Source: Pseudomonadota bacterium
GTDB taxonomy: Bacteria > Bdellovibrionota_B > Oligoflexia > Oligoflexales > CAIYRB01
Reading direction: 5' to 3'
DNA: 64,000 nt
Assembly (NCBI GenBank): GCA_026390435.1
Contig: JAPLFY010000040.1
Coordinates: forward strand, 40,223-104,222
The notes under the pieces: generated by a model
What the model was told of the DNA's origin: nothing
The model's database searches: none
Seen by the model: only the letters and a program-made list of their open reading frames with translations
Shown here: positions 57,013 to 64,000 of the stretch, in pieces
How the letters are laid out: each line of letters begins with the position of its first letter
Numbering within the stretch: position 1 is the first letter of the stretch
Program-made: the position numbers and the translations under genes

Positions 57013-58335
57013 TTACACTGCATCGCGCACATTGTGCGGATCCGAAGGACTGTCACAAGACATAAACTGCGTGCTAGACGTTAAGTCCGCTGCAGGTTCA
57101 GCCGCACACTCGTTTGACGTTATCAGACTAGCTACACGTAAAATCGACTCATCTGCATAATACGCGACCTGCCGCATTGGACTTATAGCATTGTCGATAG
57201 CTAGCCTAAATTGGTCAGGAAATTTGAAGCTCGCTGCGATTTGATCAATAATCAGAGCAATGCTATCTGCAGTCGAAATTGATTCTGAAACAAGCTTCGC
57301 CAGTACGGACGAAGTCACTTTCGCAGGCCCAATTAGACGCTGAACCTCAGCATCCAATAGCTCCATTTTTGCCAGGTTCGCCCTCACTATGGTCTCGAGC
57401 AACTCAGAAATCTTTGCCAATGAATCGGGAAATGTCCCCACCATTTGGCTAGCTTCGAGAGACGTGAAACTCACTCGATCAGAAATTTTAATCAACTCTT
57501 CCGCAACAGCACGGAAGACACGTTCCTCGCCCCCGCCACGAGCGAGGCCAATCGTCGTATTGAGTAGTAATAAATTTGCTTGATCTGAAATCGCTTGAAT
57601 ATCCTCAGCTACTTTACTCATCATCGCCTTGTCGCCATTAAGACGGCGAACCAACACAGTGAGCTCCTCGCTCGATTGCCGATGAATCTTAAAAGTTTCA
57701 GCAACCTCGCTCAGAACCTGGAATGCTCCAGATAAAACAGCTGCCAATGATGATAGATCACGCACACCAGATGCATAAATATTTTTACCCGAGAATTGGG
57801 TGCTGATCTCTTCTGTAGCCGCAAGATGCTCGCGAGATTTTTTATAAACATCAGCCACTTGCGCAACTATCACCGCTGATTGATTCTCAACTTGATCAAC
57901 CACGGCCTTTACTCGCAATTCGACTTCTGGCACTAATGCAGTGACCCGCTGCATAGCTATAATCTGTTCCGCAAGAAGTTCATCGCGATCGCTAATTTTC
58001 TTTTTCAAATTTTCCATTTCGTCTTTTAAAACTGAGTCATCTTGTGTGGGTGGCACTGAAGCTGCGGCAACAGGCTGAGAAAAACGTAACAACTCTGCCT
58101 CTAATTTAGCTAATTGCAGGCGAGCCTCCCGCAACTCCTGCCGTTCCTCCGCTGCTAGCGAATCAAATCGAGATGCGCCCCCAGCGATTATTAAACAAAA
58201 TAGCCAGAGTGACATGGCCGAAACCAGCATAAAAAAATTAGGCAGGCTTATTAACGAATTCAGAGCAATCATACCTACTGGAATAGCCGCAATCCAGCCC
58301 ACCAACCATACGTTCCTCAAGACCCGATTGGACAT
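57013..58335 (-). CDS. membrane protein with a degenerate methyl-accepting-chemotaxis (MCP) signalling-like domain
   Basis: Two N-terminal TM helices, a coiled coil, then ISDQANLLLLNTTIGLARGGGEERVFRAVAEELIKIS. That segment aligns with the canonical IAxQTNLLALNAAIEAARAGExGRGFAVVAxEVRxLA, but with a diverged hairpin tip. Confidence 0.55.
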   Translation of the reverse strand: MSNRVLRNVWLVGWIAAIPVGMIALNSLISLPNFFMLVSAMSLWLFCLIIAGGASRFDSLAAEERQELREARLQLAKLEAELLRFSQPVAAASVPPTQDDSVLKDEMENLKKKISDRDELLAEQIIAMQRVTALVPEVELRVKAVVDQVENQSAVIVAQVADVYKKSREHLAATEEISTQFSGKNIYASGVRDLSSLAAVLSGAFQVLSEVAETFKIHRQSSEELTVLVRRLNGDKAMMSKVAEDIQAISDQANLLLLNTTIGLARGGGEERVFRAVAEELIKISDRVSFTSLEASQMVGTFPDSLAKISELLETIVRANLAKMELLDAEVQRLIGPAKVTSSVLAKLVSESISTADSIALIIDQIAASFKFPDQFRLAIDNAISPMRQVAYYADESILRVASLITSNECAAEPAADLTSSTQFMSCDSPSDPHNVRDAV

Positions 58336-58347
58336 GAATATGCCTCA

Positions 58348-60651
58348 CTAATTCCATAAATTTTCGAATTCTGTACGGGTCGGATCTAAACGCGCCTTGG
58401 CAAAGGCTACTTCTGGAGCACTAGGTCCGCCCTTGTCCCTAATAGCCTCCCAAAGTTTACGCGCTTCCTCGGTTGCACCGGCATCGTAAACATACTCGGA
58501 AACGGTCCAATATTGATGCAGATATGCACCATTCAATGGCCAACTTTGCCGCTGGAGATACCTGTCTGCAATTACCTTAGGTTTCATTTTTTTGAGATGT
58601 TCGGCTTCTAGATCAAGTAACGACTGTGCACACGATTCGTCAGTCTGAAATAAATCTGGCATAAACTTATTAATTAAACGATCAGCCCCCTTTTGAACAA
58701 TCTCAGCATACAAAGGGCCAGCCGCGTTCAAACGTGACAACAATGGATATTCGACATCACAAGCATAATCTGAATTTTTCTCACCAAAGTGTCGCGCCAA
58801 GTTAAGCAACCAGATTAGGTGTCCGGGGTCTGAGGTGATTTCGCGCATACGCGTGACATAGGAATCGACCAAGTCGTCACTTTTGATTGTCCACTTTCGA
58901 TTTTTTAGCTCGGCTTGATTGTGATGATCTCTGTCTTTCCAGATCTTCGCCTTAGACTGACTCAGCATTTCTGCCGTTACCACCGCTAAGCGAAGTCGTT
59001 TCAAATCGGAATCCGCAGTTTTTGCGTAAGCATCCCAAAATTCAGTCGCCGACTTAGCACGGTTAATATCCGCATAGGCAACAAACAAGCGCTTAGCCAA
59101 GTCCGGTGTAACTTTAGGAAACAACGTCTTGCGATTTTTCTCGAAAAAACTCAGCGCCCTATAAATATCACCATCTTTAAAATATTTTTCTATGTGAGTA
59201 GCTTGATAAGCCCGCACCGGCTCGGAAAATGATTTCAAAAAATCTGAACTCGGATAGGCATCTGAGAACTGCGCAACACGCTGGAGCATACCAGCTGTTC
59301 GCTCGCGTTGCGTATAAGACCCCACCTGACATGCCCAAGCCAACTCTTTCATCTGACCAGGCATGTCACCGCCCAGCTTTGCTTGCTCTAGAAGTTCCCG
59401 AGCATGCTTAACGTTATTGCCTTGATAGAAGGGCAGCTCGAGACAAGCCTCACGCACAAGTGCTAAGCGACCTGGCAAACTCGATTTAAAATCATGCGCC
59501 ACCTTAAAATACTCGAGTTTTGCCTCTTCAATTTTATTCTGAGCCAAGTAGGCATCGGCCAAGCGCAGAGACGCCCAGGACAGATATTCAGCTGTCAGGG
59601 GCTCGTTCACCTTATTTTGATTGTCAGTCCCATGAATGGCGAAATGAAGCATTTTCTGTGCTTCAGAAAAGCGCCCTAACCAAAAGAGAGACTCTGCCCT
59701 TAAAACCAATTGCGAGGGGTTTATTTGCTGCAAGTGAACGTCAAGGCTAGCCGCAAGACCGTAAGCATCCTCAGCTAGCTCATAATTGTTCAGATCGTAA
59801 TAGATATCTCCAACCCTAGCGAATGCTATGGCTGCTTTTTCTGGCAATCGGTCCTGCCGAATGGCTGTGTCCAGTTCCTGAACAGCCTCTAAATAAGATC
59901 TATTCTTAATAAAAGATTCAGCAATAAGCCTGTGAAATTCAGAGCGGAGGTCAGTACGACCAGTCTTCCGCAGATAATTTAATCCCGTCGTTGCGGCACC
60001 AAAAGCGCCATCAAATCGATTATAGCGCCAATAGATTGCCGCCAGATTATAGAGACCCTTGGGGGTAACGGCCTCAACAAGTGCATCGGGCTGATCAGCC
60101 TTTACGATGAATGCCCAACTAAAAAAAGTACCAGCGTTAGACATGCTCTTACGCACATCTGGAGCTTCATAGTCTAGATGCCCAGTACTCATTAACTGAT
60201 CAGCAATATTCAGAAAGGAGAGTCCGACAAAGTAATCATTGCGACGGTGAAATGGATACTTGTTACCGTAACGAGCGCGACCACTAAGCCAGGTGGCCTT
60301 AGCCTCTTTAATATTACCCTCAAGGAAAAGTAGTCGACCTCGATTGAGATGATCGATAGCGCGCCCATCTCCCTTAGTCGCCGGCATCTCTATCTTGGCG
60401 TCATCTAATGAAGCGTGGATAGGAAATTCCACTTTCGGCAAAACGAATGGGTAATGCCAGAATATTTCTCGCGAAATGTCCCGGGTTTCCTCTTTCTGAT
60501 TGAAGTCCGCAACGAAGCTATAGCGATCAAGAATTTGATCAACCGATTGCTTACTACCAGATGCCCAGGAAGAGCTCCCGGCAATAAGCAGTATCAACCC
60601 AATCAGCCATTTACTCCGGAGCACTGGAAGTCTCGCGATTGTAATCCACAT
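58348..60651 (-). CDS. secreted TPR-repeat protein encoded in the stator operon
   Basis: Signal peptide (LIGLILLIAGSSSWA) and many TPR-like helical repeats (..AEDAYGLAA.., ..ADAYLAQNKIEEAKLEYFKV..). The start is ambiguous (TTG 60660, ATG 60651 or GVG 60624). All three choices overlap motB. Confidence 0.7.
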   Translation of the reverse strand: MWITIARLPVLRSKWLIGLILLIAGSSSWASGSKQSVDQILDRYSFVADFNQKEETRDISREIFWHYPFVLPKVEFPIHASLDDAKIEMPATKGDGRAIDHLNRGRLLFLEGNIKEAKATWLSGRARYGNKYPFHRRNDYFVGLSFLNIADQLMSTGHLDYEAPDVRKSMSNAGTFFSWAFIVKADQPDALVEAVTPKGLYNLAAIYWRYNRFDGAFGAATTGLNYLRKTGRTDLRSEFHRLIAESFIKNRSYLEAVQELDTAIRQDRLPEKAAIAFARVGDIYYDLNNYELAEDAYGLAASLDVHLQQINPSQLVLRAESLFWLGRFSEAQKMLHFAIHGTDNQNKVNEPLTAEYLSWASLRLADAYLAQNKIEEAKLEYFKVAHDFKSSLPGRLALVREACLELPFYQGNNVKHARELLEQAKLGGDMPGQMKELAWACQVGSYTQRERTAGMLQRVAQFSDAYPSSDFLKSFSEPVRAYQATHIEKYFKDGDIYRALSFFEKNRKTLFPKVTPDLAKRLFVAYADINRAKSATEFWDAYAKTADSDLKRLRLAVVTAEMLSQSKAKIWKDRDHHNQAELKNRKWTIKSDDLVDSYVTRMREITSDPGHLIWLLNLARHFGEKNSDYACDVEYPLLSRLNAAGPLYAEIVQKGADRLINKFMPDLFQTDESCAQSLLDLEAEHLKKMKPKVIADRYLQRQSWPLNGAYLHQYWTVSEYVYDAGATEEARKLWEAIRDKGGPSAPEVAFAKARLDPTRTEFENLWN

Positions 60652-61417
60652 GAATTTCAATGCGGCGGTTTAGCATCCTGCCCGATTCAGTACCATTACC
60701 AGCAATTGGCTGCGTGTCAGCATAGCCTGAGGCAGACAACATGGTAGCTGGAAAATTATGTTTGCGAATGAAATACTTTAATACGTTCGTGGCTCTAAGC
60801 GCTGAAATCTCCCAATTACTTCGGTCACCCGGAGCTGGCACGGAATCCGTGTGGCCCTGAATATTGACTGGGCGACCGAGTTCTTTAAGAATCTCTGCAA
60901 CTTGATCGAGTTCACGCAAGGCGCCGCGATTTACCTCGACTGACCCTACTTCAAAAAAGTGCCTGGCCAAGAGTTGCAGCTTGAATCCGTTTGACGTCCG
61001 CTGGATATCGATCACACGCTCTTGGCCCGGCTTTTTATTGTCTCTAAATTTTTCCTGCCCGTAGAGTCGCTCTTCAAGCTTCAACTTGATGCGGTTCATT
61101 TCACTATTTATCGCCTTGATCTTGATCGAGGATGACGGATACTTCTCGATCAGCGGCGGCCGGATAGACTGGCCTTTAAAGAATTCAAAAATTCCCATAC
61201 CCTGCTCTTTAGGCCCGGTCCGACGATCAACCGGGATGTCAGGTAACGGGGTACTGAAGCTCTCTTGGATCGATGCCGCAACTTTGGCTTCCTGTTTGGC
61301 GCCTTCCTTCTTGAGCGCAAAGAGCACCACGAACACGGCGAACAATAATGTCACCATGTCGGCGTAGCTAACAAGCCACCGCTCGTGGTTCTCGAATTCA
61401 GGGCACTTTTGCTTCAC
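60611..61417 (-). CDS. motB: flagellar motor stator protein MotB (OmpA-like C-terminal domain)
   Basis: WLVSYADMVTLLFAVFVVLFAL contains the conserved Asp plug/TM. The C-terminal GHTDSVP...NWEISALRATNV...NRRIEI is the OmpA/MotB peptidoglycan-binding domain. Confidence 0.88.
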   Translation of the reverse strand: MKQKCPEFENHERWLVSYADMVTLLFAVFVVLFALKKEGAKQEAKVAASIQESFSTPLPDIPVDRRTGPKEQGMGIFEFFKGQSIRPPLIEKYPSSSIKIKAINSEMNRIKLKLEERLYGQEKFRDNKKPGQERVIDIQRTSNGFKLQLLARHFFEVGSVEVNRGALRELDQVAEILKELGRPVNIQGHTDSVPAPGDRSNWEISALRATNVLKYFIRKHNFPATMLSASGYADTQPIAGNGTESGRMLNRRIEIHVDYNRETSSAPE

Positions 61418-61422
61418 CCCGT

Positions 61423-62181
61423 TTACTCCTCGCCGACGTGTCCGTGGCAGAAGACTGCCAGTTTCTCTTCGATTACTTTCGGGTTCAGACCAGAAAGTAT
61501 GCCATCCATACCGATGATGACCATAGCTCTTGCATGGCCATCAAGTATGGCTTTACGCTTAATTTTCTTGCCGATCGGAATGAAGAAAATGTTCGCCGAA
61601 CCCACGCCGTACAGCGTAGCCACGAATGCAACGGCGATACCAGGGCCAATCGCTTCAGGGTGATCTAAGTTTTCCATCACGTGAATGAGACCAAGTACGG
61701 CACCCAAAATACCTACCGTCGGCGCAATAGCACCAAAGTCTTCCCAGAAATGAACGGCTACTTCGAGCTCTTCCAAAGTAACGTGTGCCTCGGTTTCCAG
61801 CGTCTCACGAATCACGTTCGGGTCCGTGCCGTCCACGGCTAGCTTTACAGCCTTGGATAGTGGCTCAAACTTTATAGCATCACGTTTCTTCTCCAGGGCA
61901 AGGATGGACTCCTTGCGGGCAGTCTGCGCTAGATCGAGGATGTCTTTGAGAATCTCATCTGGATGGGCACCTGGATTTTTTAGCCACAATCCTAGTGACT
62001 TAAAGGCGAAGATCACATCCGGAAGAGGATATGCCACCATAAGGGCGCCCAACGCGCCCCCGAGCACGATCATTGCAGCTGTACCCTGCAAAATCGAGGC
62101 AAGGTGCCCCCCCTCTAGAAATAGGGCGCCGATGATACAGCCCAATGAAAGAATTGGGCCGATAATACTGGTCAGATCCAT
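61423..62181 (-). CDS. motA: flagellar motor stator protein MotA/PomA
   Basis: 252 aa with four TM helices. It has a MotA/TolQ/ExbB C-terminal motif (PTVGILGAVLGLIHVM...GPGIAVAFVATLYGVGSANIFFIPI). Confidence 0.88.
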   Translation of the reverse strand: MDLTSIIGPILSLGCIIGALFLEGGHLASILQGTAAMIVLGGALGALMVAYPLPDVIFAFKSLGLWLKNPGAHPDEILKDILDLAQTARKESILALEKKRDAIKFEPLSKAVKLAVDGTDPNVIRETLETEAHVTLEELEVAVHFWEDFGAIAPTVGILGAVLGLIHVMENLDHPEAIGPGIAVAFVATLYGVGSANIFFIPIGKKIKRKAILDGHARAMVIIGMDGILSGLNPKVIEEKLAVFCHGHVGEE

Positions 62182-62206
62182 AATTAATGGCTCCGCTTAG
62201 CGCGGT

Positions 62207-62416
62207 TTATTTGGGCGAGGATGCTGCTTTGGCTTGAACTAGGAGGTTCACTCTGTATTGTAGCACGCGGCTATCGATTTCTTCTAGCGACTCGCGCACA
62301 ATGAGACTATCGCCGTTCAGGAACGAGATTACACTGTCAGGCGTCGCCTCGATGTACTTGATGGCATCGAGACTGACAAGAAGCAGGGAATTATCCAGTC
62401 GAGTCACGCGGATCAC
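62207..62416 (-). CDS. flbD: flagellar protein FlbD
   Basis: MIRVTRLDNSLLLVSLDAIKYIEATPDSVISFLNGDSLIVRESLEEI matches the FlbD consensus (MI.LTRLNG...N..LIE.IEATPDTVI.L.NG.K..V.ES.EE). Confidence 0.85.
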   Translation of the reverse strand: MIRVTRLDNSLLLVSLDAIKYIEATPDSVISFLNGDSLIVRESLEEIDSRVLQYRVNLLVQAKAASSPK

Positions 62417-62454
62417 TGTTTAGTTTTCCTTGTCTCAGCAGAGCTATTCGTTTT

Positions 62455-62497
62455 ATGGTACGGCCGCTCCATAACAACTGTCAAATGACTGTCAAAT
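62455..62497 (-). promoter_or_regulatory. candidate sigma70-type promoter of flbD-motAB, with duplicated TTGACA boxes
   Basis: The minus strand reads TTGACAgtcatTTGACA-18 nt-TACCAT. On the plus strand the two boxes appear as CTGTCAAAT repeats at 62478 and 62489, with an 11-bp period. Confidence 0.4.
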
Positions 62498-62510
62498 TTA
62501 GGGATTGAGC

Positions 62511-63618
62511 ATGGATTATACCCAACTTGCTAACGAAACTAAGAGAGCTCAAGAGATCTTCACCCGCGTTTGGGGGTTTCTTTGACATCCCTGGCAAACG
62601 GGAAAAGTTAAAGCAACTAGACGACAAGGTAAACGCTGACCCTAATTTCTGGAACACCCCAGAGAAGTCGGCCCCCGTACTCAAAGAAAAGAAAGTCCTC
62701 GAAATGGCTATCCAGCGAGCAACCAAGCTCGCCGGAACTCGCGACGATCTTAACGCCGCGCTGGAGTTAGCTGCCGAAGGTGACGATGACTACCTGGGCG
62801 AGGCTAATAACCTGTACAGCCAATTAGTACAGGAACTGCAATCATTAGAGGTGCAGAGCCTACTAGGTGGCGAAGTGGACCTCAACGACGCCGTGGTCAC
62901 GATTAACTCTGGTGCGGGTGGTACGGAATCTCAGGACTGGGTGTCCATCATGTTCCGTATGTACCTGCGCTTTGCTGAGCGCAAGGGCTGGCCCACAGAA
63001 ATCTACGATATGCTTTCTGGCGAAGAAGCTGGCATAAAGAATGTCACATTCACCGTTTCCGGACCCTATGCCTTCGGCCTACTTAAGTCAGAGTCCGGTG
63101 TCCACCGACTGGTCCGTATTAGCCCATTTGATTCCAACGCCAGACGCCACACGAGCTTTGCCTCAGTCTTTGTCACGCCCGTAGTTGATGACAATATTGA
63201 AATCGACATCAACCCCTCCGACCTCCGTGTAGACACCTACCGGGCCAGTGGGGCGGGCGGTCAGCACGTTAACAAAACGGAATCGGCCGTGAGGATCACT
63301 CACATCCCGACCGGTGTGGTCGTCGCCAGTCAAACGCAACGGTCTCAGCACCAAAACCGCGACAATTGTATGAAGCTGTTGCGATCGGCGCTCTACGAGC
63401 GCGAAATGGAGAAGCGCCGGAAGGCCCAGGGTGAACTGGAGGCAACCAAGAGTGATATCTCCTTTGGTAGCCAGATTCGTAACTACGTCTTGCACCCTTA
63501 CCAGCTGGTGAAGGATGTTCGCACGGATCATGAGACGTCAGATAGCGCCGGTGTCCTGGACGGGGATTTGGAACCATTCATTAATGCCTATTTAGTGGCG
63601 ACCCGTAAGCCAAGTTAG
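62511..63618 (+). CDS. prfB: peptide chain release factor 2, with a programmed +1 ribosomal frameshift at 62580-62586
   Basis: Frame 0 reads ATG(62511) MDYTQLANETKRAQEIFTRVWGFL and stops at TGA (62583), within the classic TGG GGG TTT CTT TGA C site. The +1 frame continues DIPGKREKL... and includes the SPF and GGQ motifs (RISPFDS, GAGGQHVN). Confidence 0.93.
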
Positions 63619-63633
63619 ATAAGCCTGCTCCTA

Positions 63634-63670
63634 AGCCGGTCGCGGTCGCGCACCGGCTCATCTTTTTCTC
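63634..63670 (+). terminator. candidate Rho-independent terminator after prfB
   Basis: AGCCGGT/ACCGGCT forms a 7-bp stem with an 11-nt loop, followed by CATCTTTTTCTC. Confidence 0.5.
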
Positions 63671-63854
63671 ACCAGAATTAGCTATGCTACCTCCAGCCAT
63701 GGTGTTATCGAGAAAAATGCTCTACCTTAATAGAAACAGTTCTACTTTTTGAAGCCACTCAAAAAATTTGTGTGCCTCACACCGGACACCGGTGGGTATA
63801 CTAAATAAATAGAATCTGTTGCCTGTGATTGTCGCTTTGGAAATGGAGTTCCGA

Positions 63855-64000
63855 ATGGACGCGCAAAAACTCTTGGACCTTGTCAACAGTCGTGAATTCG
63901 GTAAGGAATTCGCGGACCTAAATTGGTCCGGCTCGTTTCGCGACTACCTAGACATCGTCGTCGAGAGGCCTGAAGTAGCCCGTACCGCATTCCAGCGGTG
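63855..64000 (+). CDS. prkA: PrkA-family serine protein kinase, N-terminal fragment (continues beyond the window)
   Basis: GGAG lies 6 nt upstream of the ATG. NWSGSFRDYLDIVVERPEVARTAFQR parallels the PrkA/YeaG N-terminus (W.GTF.DYLEI....PEVA.SAH.R). Confidence 0.7.
   Translation, partial: MDAQKLLDLVNSREFGKEFADLNWSGSFRDYLDIVVERPEVARTAFQR

Noticed and set aside
62527-62586. The ORF-track start of prfB at 62527.
   Set aside because: The canonical CTT TGA C frameshift site and the upstream frame-0 ORF from 62511 explain the N-terminus better.

Overview
This 64-kb window looks like chromosomal DNA from a Gram-negative, flagellated bacterium. GC content is moderate by eye. The gene set (bactofilin, PilZ, PrkA, flbD-motAB, SufBCDSU, long-form DapD) hints at Bdellovibrionota/Oligoflexia or a delta-proteobacterium-like lineage, but I cannot confirm that. 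All calls come from reading the supplied ORF translations and the DNA; no database search was run.

Layout:
- 1-17.2 kb is mostly core metabolism and envelope genes: the rpsI 3' end, a bactofilin, a Nudix CoA pyrophosphatase, MscS, a 2-oxoglutarate dehydrogenase cluster in the order sucB-lpd-sucA, and several lipoproteins or secreted proteins of unknown function.
- 17.3-20.5 kb holds divergent tRNA-fMet and tRNA-Ser(GGA). The tRNA-Ser is followed by a small decayed integrative island. It is bounded by an 11-bp direct repeat of the tRNA 3' end and carries an integrase pseudogene, hicAB, a DUF3892-type protein and a BamE-like lipoprotein.
- 20.6-30.3 kb holds two tandem secreted GH13 amylases, unknowns with AT-rich palindromic upstream sites, a DksA/TraR zinc-finger protein, a truncated hydrolase, an NAD(P)-binding protein, glutathione peroxidase, an FAD oxidoreductase and tRNA-Ser(CGA).
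- 30.5-37.8 kb is a nine-gene Fe-S operon: sufBCDSU, an nfu-type gene, a gene for a NifU-C protein with an unusual N-terminus, an Rrf2-regulator gene and an orphan nuoB.
- 37.8-56.9 kb holds a singleton DUF4143 AAA ATPase, hemH, apaG, a methyltransferase, dapD, tdk, a PilZ protein, an ABC1 kinase, an ATPase-less LolA-like/2xFtsX locus with flanking lipoprotein and beta-barrel genes, tRNA-Leu, and HAD, EcsC, PqaA-like and YeiH-like genes.
- 57.0-62.4 kb is a flbD-motA-motB operon extended by a 770-aa TPR protein and a degenerate MCP-like protein.
- 62.5-64 kb holds prfB, with its programmed +1 frameshift visible in the sequence, and the start of prkA.

I found no CRISPR array, rRNA, intact transposase or recognisable multi-gene defence system. 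The most unusual loci are the tRNA-Ser islet cargo, the suf-Rrf2-nuoB arrangement and the extended stator operon.
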